DNA from: a virus
DNA length: 64,000 nucleotides
Direction: 5' to 3' (one strand)
IMG/VR virus record: IMGVR_UViG_3300025015_000003
Part shown: piece after piece, positions 19,310-29,063 of the stretch
How the letters are laid out: every line of letters begins with the position of its first letter
Position numbering within the stretch: position 1 is the first letter of the stretch
Position numbers and translations under genes: made by a program
Notes under the pieces: generated by a model
Database searches by the model: none
Seen by the model: only the letters and a program-made list of their open reading frames with translations
Told to the model about the DNA's origin: nothing

Positions 19310-21016
19310 ATGTCTGACGTCAAATCGCTTCAGCCGTTACAACCTTCTCCCGGAATACAGCGAGACGGTACAAACTTTGACGTCAAAGGGGTCGGTTATA
19401 TTGACGGTCAATGGGTGCGTTTTCAACGTGGTAGGCCGCGCAAAATGGGTGGTTTTATACGCGTCAGCGACCGTCTGAGCGCCCCTGTACGTGCCTCAAT
19501 TGTTACACCTTACAATGCCACTGCCCGCATTTTGTCATTTTCAGTACGAGGTGTCGAATCTATCCTTGTTGATAATAACGGTCTCGGTTCTTTCATTGTT
19601 GACCGCACCCCGACAGCGTTTGCTCAAAATGACAATTATCTTTGGTCTGTTGGAACAATGTATGACGATGCCGCTGGTGCAGATAAATCAATCGTTCTTT
19701 CTGTCGCAACTGCGTCGCTGCGAGCGTTAGACACAATCGATGTGGGGCAGGTTTACCAAGGTAATGTTTTTGATGAAACTGCGTTCACTGCCGTATCAGG
19801 ATTGACATGTCGTGGTCTGTTTGTCACTCAGCCGTATGCGATTTATTATGGTCCAAACGGTTCAGTCACTTGGTCTAATGCTAATGAACCATTCAATACG
19901 ACAACAGGCGACGCAGGTTCTGATCGAGTGACAAGCGATGGTATTGTGGCAGGCTTGTCCTTGCCCACTGGCAGCGGGCCAGGAGGTTTGTTGTTCTCCT
20001 TAACATCAGTTATTCGTATGGACTGGGTTGGAGGACAAGCAATATTCCGTTTCGGCAAGTTGACAACAAGTTCTTCAATAATCAGTCAAAACGCAGTTGT
20101 TGAGTTTGACGGTGGTTACTTTTGGGCAGGCGTTGACAAATTCTACGTCAGCGATGGACAGAGTGTCACTGAACTTGAAAACAATACAAATAAGAATTGG
20201 TTCTTTGATAACTTGAATCGCGAATGTTCTACAAAGATTTGGGCAACAAAGAACACCCGCTTTGGCGAAGTCATTTGGTACTTCCCTTACGGAGATAATG
20301 AGGAATGTTCTCACGCAGTCGTTTTCAATATCCGTGAGAAGGTCTGGTATGATTATGAATTGAGTCGTACAGCGGGTTCTTACTACAAAAGCAATCCTGT
20401 TCAATATGCAATATCTTCAAACAATCTCTACAAAGTCATAACAGAAAACCTTACCGGAACTATCGCAGAAGGTGATATTGTTAAGGTTGACGCAAGTGGT
20501 GCGACGTTTGAAGTAATTAGTGTCCAAGGGGTTGTTTATTTCATAAAACATACCAATAACGTTGAGTTCGTTGCTGGTGCGACTATTGACGTCATTGGAG
20601 ATACAGACACCGCTGACATCGTTACATTTACTGAAACCTGTGGATTGTTCTTGCACGAATTCGGTAAAGACCATGTTGAAGGCGATTTCTTCTACGCAAT
20701 CAAAAGTCATTTCACAACGTCAAATGTGAGTCTTTTGTCTGCAGACCAATCTATCAACCTTTGGACACGCTTCCTTAGAATTGAACCTGATTTCATTCAA
20801 ACTGGTAATCTGAGCTTGTCAGTGTTGACCAAGGAATACGCCAAGTCTCCTGAAGTTGTTCACGGGCCGTATACGTTTACGAACACAACTGAAAAGATTG
20901 ACCCGTACATCCAAGGTCGCTTGATCAGTTTGAAGTTCGAATCGAATGAATCGGGTGGCGATTATCAGATGGGTAAATGTCTGTTACACCTTGAAGCAGG
21001 TGATCCTAGGTCATGA
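19310..21016 (+). CDS. tail protein
   Basis: 568 aa. Position in the tail module. Confidence 0.4.
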   Translation: MSDVKSLQPLQPSPGIQRDGTNFDVKGVGYIDGQWVRFQRGRPRKMGGFIRVSDRLSAPVRASIVTPYNATARILSFSVRGVESILVDNNGLGSFIVDRTPTAFAQNDNYLWSVGTMYDDAAGADKSIVLSVATASLRALDTIDVGQVYQGNVFDETAFTAVSGLTCRGLFVTQPYAIYYGPNGSVTWSNANEPFNTTTGDAGSDRVTSDGIVAGLSLPTGSGPGGLLFSLTSVIRMDWVGGQAIFRFGKLTTSSSIISQNAVVEFDGGYFWAGVDKFYVSDGQSVTELENNTNKNWFFDNLNRECSTKIWATKNTRFGEVIWYFPYGDNEECSHAVVFNIREKVWYDYELSRTAGSYYKSNPVQYAISSNNLYKVITENLTGTIAEGDIVKVDASGATFEVISVQGVVYFIKHTNNVEFVAGATIDVIGDTDTADIVTFTETCGLFLHEFGKDHVEGDFFYAIKSHFTTSNVSLLSADQSINLWTRFLRIEPDFIQTGNLSLSVLTKEYAKSPEVVHGPYTFTNTTEKIDPYIQGRLISLKFESNESGGDYQMGKCLLHLEAGDPRS

Positions 21017-21372
21017 ACCTTCCCGATCGCGATACAACTCTTTGGCAAGATAGTCAGGAAACTGAACGTGTTGTTTCAGCAAGTTACACCATTGTCGACA
21101 GAGACACAATCATTATCGTTGCTGCCGCTGCGACAGGAACGATTGTAATCACATTACCTGAACCTCGTAACGGTAGAAAGCTTCAGATTGTCAATCTCAG
21201 TTCTGCAACAGTTTCAATGTACGGTAAGTTGTTCAGTTTGACGAATGTTTCAGTTTCACTTTCAACCGATAGTTATACGTTGTTGAAGTCAATTGATTCT
21301 ACAGGTTATAAAGACTTCATGTTCACTTATACGTCTTCAGGAATATGTTCTGGTTGCATTACAATCGAATAA
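21013..21372 (+). CDS. hypothetical protein
   Basis: 119 aa, ATGA overlap with the upstream gene. Confidence 0.4.
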   Translation: MNLPDRDTTLWQDSQETERVVSASYTIVDRDTIIIVAAAATGTIVITLPEPRNGRKLQIVNLSSATVSMYGKLFSLTNVSVSLSTDSYTLLKSIDSTGYKDFMFTYTSSGICSGCITIE

Positions 21373-21428
21373 TTTGCAAACCTGAGGTTTGAGGCTACAA
21401 TGTAAACCGTTGGCTTTCGGAGAGAATT

Positions 21429-22715
21429 ATGGGTTTAAGCAGTCTCCTGTTCGGTAAGAAGTATAAAAATACGTCCAGTTATGACTACGTCACACCTGAC
21501 TTTTCTTACTATGAACAAAACATTCCAGACATTTATCGGCAGGCTTATGAAGCACCTGAAGTTGATCTTAACATAAATTCTTATACTCCTTACGGTAAGA
21601 TTCAAGATGTTCGTGATACCGGAAAAGGTTATAACGAATATGACTTGCGTGAAGTTCTTGATCCGACGTACACTTACGGCGACAAGTCGTATACGGGCGA
21701 CGACTCTTGGAAGAATGATATTTATGGTGACATCGCTACCGGAAAAGTGACTGGTGTAACTGATTTGGCAAGCGACTGGACTCGTCTTCAAGACATGGTT
21801 CGTCTGGGTCATATGACCGAGACAGAAAATCTGGCCGATGAAGTGACGAAAGGTTACTATACTCCTTACGAAATGGCGCTCGGTGGTCATGTTGGAAGCG
21901 GTTCAGATATCGGCTTCGATCCAACACTCGGTTTTGACTATTCTGGTCAAACTAAATCTGTAGGTAAACGAAACAACCAGACCCATTACTTTAATCCTGA
22001 TTGGTCTGCAACCGGACGTTATGATCTTGAAAACACAGGGCCGCTGTTAAAAGCATCAATGGATTTGATGCCGACGTTGCAAGATACGGCAGGTTGGGAT
22101 TGGAAAGATAACGAACTGTACGACCCTAACTACGGTTATTTCACTCAAGATCCTGGGGAAATGACTTACGATTACGATCGTAACCAAGATTCTAAAACAC
22201 AATCGTATCGTAAAGGTGGTATTGCTGGTCCATTAGGTTCATTATTGTCTTTTATTCCAGGAATGCAACCGATCGGAATAGCTCTTTCTGCTTCAAATGC
22301 AGTTGTTAATAAGAATCCACTTGGTGCATTGGCTTCATTCATTCCAGCGACAGGTATTGTGGGCAAAGTTGGTGGGGCTATTGGCGGGGCTACAGGTATA
22401 ACCAATACTGCAATACAGGCAGGTCTTGCGAACGGTCTGATCAGTGGTGCTTTGGCAGGATTAACAGGTGGTGACGTTGGTAAAGCTGCGTTAGGTGGTG
22501 GTTTGTCAGCAGGTATCGGAAGTTCGCTCGGAGGTAATCAATATGTTTCTGGCGCTGGAAGTCAATACATCAACCCTGCCATATCAAGACTACTGACTTC
22601 AGGAACAACTAGTGTGCTGATGGGTAAAGACGTAGAAGAAGCAATGAAAAACAGTTTACTTAAGTCCGCTTGGAACACAGGTGGCAAAATAATCGGTAAC
22701 CAATTTAAGGGGTAA
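21429..22715 (+). CDS. virion protein
   Basis: 428 aa. Gly-rich C-terminal region. Confidence 0.4.
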   Translation: MGLSSLLFGKKYKNTSSYDYVTPDFSYYEQNIPDIYRQAYEAPEVDLNINSYTPYGKIQDVRDTGKGYNEYDLREVLDPTYTYGDKSYTGDDSWKNDIYGDIATGKVTGVTDLASDWTRLQDMVRLGHMTETENLADEVTKGYYTPYEMALGGHVGSGSDIGFDPTLGFDYSGQTKSVGKRNNQTHYFNPDWSATGRYDLENTGPLLKASMDLMPTLQDTAGWDWKDNELYDPNYGYFTQDPGEMTYDYDRNQDSKTQSYRKGGIAGPLGSLLSFIPGMQPIGIALSASNAVVNKNPLGALASFIPATGIVGKVGGAIGGATGITNTAIQAGLANGLISGALAGLTGGDVGKAALGGGLSAGIGSSLGGNQYVSGAGSQYINPAISRLLTSGTTSVLMGKDVEEAMKNSLLKSAWNTGGKIIGNQFKG

Positions 22716-22719
22716 TGAA

Positions 22720-23727
22720 ATGGCTGATGACAGTTGGTACTCTGATAATTTCGGTGGAACTGGAAGTTATGTTTCAGGTGGAGATAACAGTTGGATAGAT
22801 ACATGGGGTCTCGGTAACGACGCTCTTTCGAACTACGACGGCGACCCGAGTACTGTTTGGGATCAGAACAGCAACACTGGGGTTTCCTGGTTAGATTCAC
22901 TTTTTTCCGGTGGTTCTAATAGTGTCGGGGGTGCGGTCTCCGGTGGAATTAATTCACTCGCAGATCTGTTTGGTCAAGGTGGTGTTGGTTCTAACTTAGC
23001 AGGTTTGCTTGGAGGTGCTTATGGAATCTCTAATCAGGTAGACTGGCAAGAACTTCTTGGTCAAGGGCGTGATCTTGCTGGTAAGACTGGAAGTTTGATT
23101 TCGGGTTACACACCTTATACTGGAACAGAAGTCGCAGGATTGACCGATGCTCAGAAGAAAGGTATTGGTTACGCTCCTGGATTGATGCAGAAAGGTAACG
23201 AATGGCTTTCGGCTTCTGGAACTTATGACCCGAATCAGGTTAACAGTTATCTGAACCCTTATACAGAAGGTGCGTTGAGTACGGCGAATCGTTTGACTAG
23301 CCAGAATTTGACTGAGAACATTCTTCCCGGAGTCAATTCAACGTTCACCGGGGCAGGTCAATTTGGCTCTACGCGCAATGCTGAGTTTGGTAATCGTGCG
23401 ATCCGTGATACGCAACAAGCGATTGCAGATGCAAATACGAAGGGTATGGTCGGCGCTTATGGTCAGGCTTCCACCGATTATATGAACATGCTCAAACAAC
23501 AAGGAACGTTTGGTCAGAACGCTATCACGCAAGGTATGAATCTTGCAGGAACTGAGCAGCAGAACAATCAGCAACAAGTTGAAGGCGCATTGGCTGCATG
23601 GCAACGTAATCGCACTATGCCGTTGAACATGTTCAACAAGTGGTCTGGAGGTGTTGGTAATTTCAATCCCGCCGGTGCAGGTTCAACGAACAATGTTTTT
23701 GATGCAAGCAAGCTGTTGGGAGGTTGA
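22720..23727 (+). CDS. virion protein
   Basis: 335 aa, G/S/N-rich. Confidence 0.4.
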   Translation: MADDSWYSDNFGGTGSYVSGGDNSWIDTWGLGNDALSNYDGDPSTVWDQNSNTGVSWLDSLFSGGSNSVGGAVSGGINSLADLFGQGGVGSNLAGLLGGAYGISNQVDWQELLGQGRDLAGKTGSLISGYTPYTGTEVAGLTDAQKKGIGYAPGLMQKGNEWLSASGTYDPNQVNSYLNPYTEGALSTANRLTSQNLTENILPGVNSTFTGAGQFGSTRNAEFGNRAIRDTQQAIADANTKGMVGAYGQASTDYMNMLKQQGTFGQNAITQGMNLAGTEQQNNQQQVEGALAAWQRNRTMPLNMFNKWSGGVGNFNPAGAGSTNNVFDASKLLGG

Positions 23728-25400
23728 TCATGGATGAAACTGTTCAATATCTGCGCAACGAATACGAAGATGTCAATCGTCAATGGATTGAGAACGAAGC
23801 TCGTCGCGATGCTGAACTTCAGAAACAGACTGACTATCTGAATCAGCAAGATAAACGAGACACGGACCCGATGCTTGCCGCAGGTATCGGTGGTATCTAC
23901 GGACGCGATCCGTTTCAGGAATATCAACGTGCCCGCCTACCCGGGATTGCTCGCGAAGGAACGCGCCGCAGTTTGATCAATGAGAATCTTGCTTCTAAAG
24001 AGAAATCACTTGCTGATTTGCGCGAGAAGGTGATCGCACGGATGAATGCTGCGAAGGCGGCGCAAGAAACTAAGAATCGTTGGGTTGCTTCAAAGGCACG
24101 CGACGGTATCTGGTTGAACAATGAAGCCACTGGTGAAGGTAAGTGGGCAGTCGGCCCGGTCGATGTGTTCAAACTGCAAGAAGACTATAAGAAACGTCTA
24201 CTTGATCACGCTAATACCGTCGGTCTTTACAAACGCCCAGGTTGGACCGATGATGATATCGATAATCAGGCCAAGATTTTGGCAAAGTCTTACGCCAACG
24301 GTACTGAAGAACAGCAAGCTGCGATTGAACAACAGATGCGAAATATGGGCATCCGCCCATTGGACAATACTGCATTGACAACTCCGCAACCGAAAGATAC
24401 ATCTTCAACGGCTGCACTTCAACTGCAAGAAATTGAAGAACAGTTGAAAAAGTATGGGAACAATCCTAGGTATGCTGCTCCTGTCGCGCAATTGAATGAA
24501 GAAAAACAGCGTTTGACCGCAATGTTGGAGGGTAATGTGTTACCTCCGGCTTACGCTGGTACACCGCGTCAAGAAGCTTCAATGGCTAAAATGGCAGCGG
24601 GAACAGGCGTCCCTGATGTTAGAAGCAATATTCCAGGGTCGATTCCTCCGGTTGCGAATGCAAGAGCTACCGCTCCCACTTCTTCACAAGGGGTCGGTTT
24701 CGCTCCAACTACTCAGCAACGAGCCAAAGATGCTGAAAAGATCGCTGAATTGGACGCATCGGGACAAGCTTTGCGAGGTTCAAACGCTGCATTGATGGAC
24801 ATGGAACGTCTTTCTTTGGCCGCTGATCCTAAGACTGGAAAGTTGATCACTTCACAAGGACCTGCTTCAGAGTTGATCACTAACCTTGGTGGTTGGGTGA
24901 ACTACTTTGATCCTAAAGGAACTTTGGCTAAGACTGCGAGCAACAACGCGGCCTTCTTCTCTGCAATGCAGAACCAAGTTCGTACATTCATCAGTGCTTA
25001 CGGTTCAGGTACAGCAGTGTCTAACTTGGACTTGATCGTTGCACAGATGTCAGCAGGTTCACTTGACAATACTTTGAACGGTCGTTTGAAGATCATCGGT
25101 GCATCAAGAGCAATGAATGAAGCGATGGCGATCATCCAAGAGAAACAACGTCAGCACCTTGCCAATGGTGGAACGATGGCTGACTTCAAATTAGATCCAA
25201 AAGATCCGATTATTGGTCTTGCGCCTGTTAAGAAGGTTATTGATGGTAATACTTATGTTCGTTACGAACCTTTGACCAAAGAAACATTCTTGGCTAAATT
25301 CACTGCCAAATATCCGAAGGCGTCTGTAGAAGATCAACAGAAAGAATGGTACAATTTCGCCATGCAAAAAGGCGCATATTCACCTGACAAAAGGAAGTGA
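23724..25400 (+). CDS. virion protein (coiled-coil, possibly internal/ejection protein)
   Basis: 558 aa with long helical/coiled-coil stretches. ATGA overlap with neighbours. Confidence 0.4.
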   Translation: MIMDETVQYLRNEYEDVNRQWIENEARRDAELQKQTDYLNQQDKRDTDPMLAAGIGGIYGRDPFQEYQRARLPGIAREGTRRSLINENLASKEKSLADLREKVIARMNAAKAAQETKNRWVASKARDGIWLNNEATGEGKWAVGPVDVFKLQEDYKKRLLDHANTVGLYKRPGWTDDDIDNQAKILAKSYANGTEEQQAAIEQQMRNMGIRPLDNTALTTPQPKDTSSTAALQLQEIEEQLKKYGNNPRYAAPVAQLNEEKQRLTAMLEGNVLPPAYAGTPRQEASMAKMAAGTGVPDVRSNIPGSIPPVANARATAPTSSQGVGFAPTTQQRAKDAEKIAELDASGQALRGSNAALMDMERLSLAADPKTGKLITSQGPASELITNLGGWVNYFDPKGTLAKTASNNAAFFSAMQNQVRTFISAYGSGTAVSNLDLIVAQMSAGSLDNTLNGRLKIIGASRAMNEAMAIIQEKQRQHLANGGTMADFKLDPKDPIIGLAPVKKVIDGNTYVRYEPLTKETFLAKFTAKYPKASVEDQQKEWYNFAMQKGAYSPDKRK

Positions 25401-27238
25401 ACATGGCGTATGACGCTTTAGATTTCAATGATCTTGACGACAATACTTCTTCTTTTGAAGCGTTGACTGAAAACGACCTTGTTCCTAAAGAACAAGGTGA
25501 AATCCGTGAACTTCCTGAGTATGCCAAAGGTTATTCCAAAGGTCAAACGGCGCTGATTGGCGCAGGCCATGCTGCCGATCGTGCTTATGGCGGGGTTAAA
25601 GATTTGATCCTTGCCGGTCAAGAAATGATCGGCATCGATGGAGCTGGAGATAAACGAAAAGCGTTGCAAGAGCGTCTAAATGAAGATCATAAATTATATA
25701 AGAACGGAATTGCAAGTGATCAAAATCCGCAAGCTGGATGGGCCAAAGGTGGTCAACTGGCCGGCGATGTTGCGATGGGGTACGCTCTGCCATTCTTAAA
25801 AGGCAAGACAATCGCCCAAACGATACTCAAAAATGCGCCGATTGCCGGTGGTTACGAAGTATTGACAACCCCTGGAACTGCTGAAGAACGTGGGATGGCG
25901 GGTGGTTTGGGAGCAACAGGTGCGGCGCTCGGTATAGGAGGTCTAGGTGTTCTGGGTAAAGGTGCGACTTTCTTACAACCTCGTATCGGTGGCCTTGTAG
26001 ACGATCTTATCGAAGGAACTAAACGCTTCACAGGCGATACGTCGTTACCTGCTGCGCCGATTCAGACCAAATGGACCGATTCCATTGCACAGGGTAAACA
26101 ACTTCTGGCCGATAGTTTTGGAGCACCTGCTTCAATCGGTGATATCAATGGTAGCGGTTTGGTTAGAGCGATTGAACAAGGGTTTTCTAATGAAAGTCAT
26201 CGTGGTCCAATTCTTAAGAAGCAAGGTGATGCACTGATAGATTTGATCGGTGTGAATAAGAACAACTTGGCAAAAGGATTGGAAGAAACTTCTAAAGAGA
26301 TGTCAAAAGTCGGTAACGACATCTTTGCGCCTGTAAAGCAGAAGATCGGTAGAACATCGATTCTTATTAACCCGACTGAGATGCACGCCGCAGCAAAGCA
26401 ATTGAAAACAGACTTTCCATCTGTTTTTGAACCAAGTTTCTATGAGAAAACGCGACTTGATCGCTTCAATCAATGGGTCGATGATCCTGTTGCCAATCCA
26501 TTGAAATACGACGAGTTCAGAGAAATCCAACAGATGTTGGGTAAAGCCTCTGCTCGTGCAAAACGAATGGCTGTCAATGGTGAACTAGATAAGAGTGCCG
26601 GAACAATGGCGTCAGACGCCTATCGTCGTTCTTATAATGACTTTGAAAAGTGGGGTCAAGGAAGTTCTCCTGCGACTAAGAAGCGTTACGCCGAAATCGT
26701 TAAAGAACACGCTAATGCAATGAAGCGTTGGCAAGAAGATGTTCTACCGTTTGACAATGATGTTACTGCAAGTTTGAAGAATGCGTCGACTCCTGAAGAA
26801 ACCGCTGCCATTTTGTTGAGACCTTCCAACGGTTCTAACATCAAGCACAATATTCTTCCCGCTGTAGAACAACATTCACCTCAATCTAAACATATCATCG
26901 ATGCGGTCAATCTTTTGAACAGAGGTGCTCGTAATCTTTCGGAAGGCGTTGATTCTGGTAGCGCCCATTGGGTAGACGCCTTGCGCCCATTGGTTGCAGG
27001 AACACAAGCGGCGGTTTCAAATGCAACTTCTCGCCCAAGTGTCAAGGATCTTTATTTTGGTGAGTTTGACCAGTTCATGAATAAACCGATGATCGGTGCT
27101 ATGCGTGAACAAGATGATTTGTCAGGTTCGATTCTAGGTATGATTGCCAAAATGATGCAAGGTGAAGACGATGATAAGTCTCCAGGGGTTACAACGCAGA
27201 ACTCTGACCGGGGTATTCCAACGCCCGGTAACAAGTAG
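25397..27238 (+). CDS. virion protein
   Basis: 613 aa. Last gene of the structural block, followed by a ~620-bp non-coding region. Confidence 0.4.
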   Translation: MNMAYDALDFNDLDDNTSSFEALTENDLVPKEQGEIRELPEYAKGYSKGQTALIGAGHAADRAYGGVKDLILAGQEMIGIDGAGDKRKALQERLNEDHKLYKNGIASDQNPQAGWAKGGQLAGDVAMGYALPFLKGKTIAQTILKNAPIAGGYEVLTTPGTAEERGMAGGLGATGAALGIGGLGVLGKGATFLQPRIGGLVDDLIEGTKRFTGDTSLPAAPIQTKWTDSIAQGKQLLADSFGAPASIGDINGSGLVRAIEQGFSNESHRGPILKKQGDALIDLIGVNKNNLAKGLEETSKEMSKVGNDIFAPVKQKIGRTSILINPTEMHAAAKQLKTDFPSVFEPSFYEKTRLDRFNQWVDDPVANPLKYDEFREIQQMLGKASARAKRMAVNGELDKSAGTMASDAYRRSYNDFEKWGQGSSPATKKRYAEIVKEHANAMKRWQEDVLPFDNDVTASLKNASTPEETAAILLRPSNGSNIKHNILPAVEQHSPQSKHIIDAVNLLNRGARNLSEGVDSGSAHWVDALRPLVAGTQAAVSNATSRPSVKDLYFGEFDQFMNKPMIGAMREQDDLSGSILGMIAKMMQGEDDDKSPGVTTQNSDRGIPTPGNK

Positions 27239-27803
27239 AGCAAAGTGTGGTAGGCTACCATAGCCGCCCACTTGCTCAAACCCTGCTGCTGGCCGTCTCC
27301 GTGGCTGCAATAAAGCAAATTACAGGGCGTTTACGTAGTTATTTTACGCGCCAGCCACGCAACAGCCTTAAACCTCTGCTCTACAACCTTACAGTATAGT
27401 GCCGAATTTACATATAGGGTATATTGCACTGCAACACAACTTTGTGGGTTAGCAATGTTTGTTGCCAGCCAAACAGTATGTAAAATAAAAAGCTGGCATA
27501 TATACGTAACCTAACTAACCAAACATTGGTTTAAGTGGTTGTTTTTATTGGCCGATTCACTAAACCAAAATCGATCACTTTAACGTTAGTGTGACTGCAT
27601 AAGTAAACGCTAATATAGGTCGTCTTAAAGCGTGTCAAAATTCCTGTTGCAGTGCAACATTGTTAAACGGTTTGTTAATGAAACTCACTCTGTCGCGGGA
27701 TAGAATATTATATATTATTTTCTTTGAGAATTGAGACGATATGGGTGGCGAAGGACGAGGTTTTTGAGCAACGGTTGCTGCGACGTTTGGTTTGTGCCAC
27801 AAT

Positions 27804-27836
<33 letters not shown>

Positions 27837-27864
27837 CTGTTTAAATAGGTTAAAGGAGAAGTAA

Positions 27865-28281
27865 ATGAATGACGTACTTGAATTTCAAGGTGAAAATCGT
27901 TGGCTAAGTAATTTCTGGCCGTGCCAAGTTATTTTTGAAGGAATAACATTTCCATCTGTTGAAAATGCTTATCAGGCGGCCAAAACAACATTGAAACACA
28001 GAGATCAATTTGTGTCATGTACTGCTGGACAGGCGAAACGTCTTGGAAGAATAGTAGACATTCGCCCAGAATGGCAATCTGTTAAGTTGGAGGTGATGAA
28101 AGGTCTGATTGAGCAGAAGTTTTCAAAAGGTTCGTCATTAGGTGTAAAGTTGCTATCAACAGGAACTTGTTTGATCGTAGAAGGTAATAACTGGAACGAT
28201 AGATTTTGGGGTGTTTGTAAAGGAAAAGGTGAAAACAACCTTGGTAAATTAATAATGAATCAGAGATCTTTAATAGGTTAA
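27865..28281 (+). CDS. NADAR (YbiA-like, DUF1768) domain protein
   Basis: Hallmarks ENRWLSNFWP and PSVENAYQAAK match the FLSNF / EH-x-QA-K signature of the YbiA/NADAR family. Confidence 0.65.
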   Translation: MNDVLEFQGENRWLSNFWPCQVIFEGITFPSVENAYQAAKTTLKHRDQFVSCTAGQAKRLGRIVDIRPEWQSVKLEVMKGLIEQKFSKGSSLGVKLLSTGTCLIVEGNNWNDRFWGVCKGKGENNLGKLIMNQRSLIG

Positions 28282-28291
28282 AGGAGAAGTT

Positions 28292-28396
28292 ATGGTTAAG
28301 GGATGGATTGCGTTAATAGCGATGTTTGTTACGTTTGGACTTGGTTACGCCGCAGGGCGTGATTCTGTTAAACAGATTGATAAAGTTTGTCCTTAG
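28292..28396 (+). CDS. small transmembrane peptide
   Basis: 34 aa, MVKGWIALIAMFVTFGLGYAAG... Preceded by the same 18-bp RBS block as the NADAR gene. Confidence 0.3.
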   Translation: MVKGWIALIAMFVTFGLGYAAGRDSVKQIDKVCP

Positions 28397-28497
28397 CAGA
28401 AGGCGAAGTTGATAACTTCAAGTCATTCAAACAATGAAACGATTTGCGTTTACCAAGAACCTTGGAGCGCAAAGGGAAGATTGAAAAGGATTGAATT

Positions 28498-28827
28498 ATG
28501 AACGATCGTGAACTTCTTGAATTGGCTGCGAAAGCGGCAAGAATGAATGTTGAACTTGTGTCACAATATGGAGTGTCAGAATTATTTGATAACGATGAGC
28601 ATCGGGAATGGAACCCGCTAACCAACGATGGTGACGCCATTCGTTTGGCCGTAAAACTAGGTATGAAGGATTGTTTTGGTCTTGTACCTCAAGACAATTG
28701 TGTCCAAACGTGCACGTTTTCACAATGGGAAACCATTGTGTATGAAGATTTTGAAAAACAAGATCCTCACGCAGAGACACGTCGTGCGATAGTTCGTGCA
28801 GCGGCAGAGTTTGGAGCAAAGTTATGA
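28498..28827 (+). CDS. hypothetical protein (NinX/DUF2591-like?)
   Basis: 109 aa. The N-terminus MNDRELLELAAKAA and overall pattern recalled as NinX-like. Low certainty. Confidence 0.35.
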   Translation: MNDRELLELAAKAARMNVELVSQYGVSELFDNDEHREWNPLTNDGDAIRLAVKLGMKDCFGLVPQDNCVQTCTFSQWETIVYEDFEKQDPHAETRRAIVRAAAEFGAKL

Positions 28828-29063
28828 CTTACGTTTATATAGACAACGGTACAACCTACGACGGACAGGGTGTCTACGGTGTTTTCAAACTAGACACACC
28901 TGCGTCACCTTACGAAAAAGACCATGATTATTTGTCTGTTAATATGGAAGATATGGTGGTTGGAAATGGACCGTGTTGTGATGACAACACGGTAACCGAT
29001 ACTGGATGGTTGAAGCGGGCTTGCGTATTAATCAACAGGTATGGTTTGGAGGATGAGTTATGA
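28824..29063 (+). CDS. hypothetical protein
   Basis: 79 aa, ATGA overlaps on both sides. Confidence 0.4.
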   Translation: MTYVYIDNGTTYDGQGVYGVFKLDTPASPYEKDHDYLSVNMEDMVVGNGPCCDDNTVTDTGWLKRACVLINRYGLEDEL

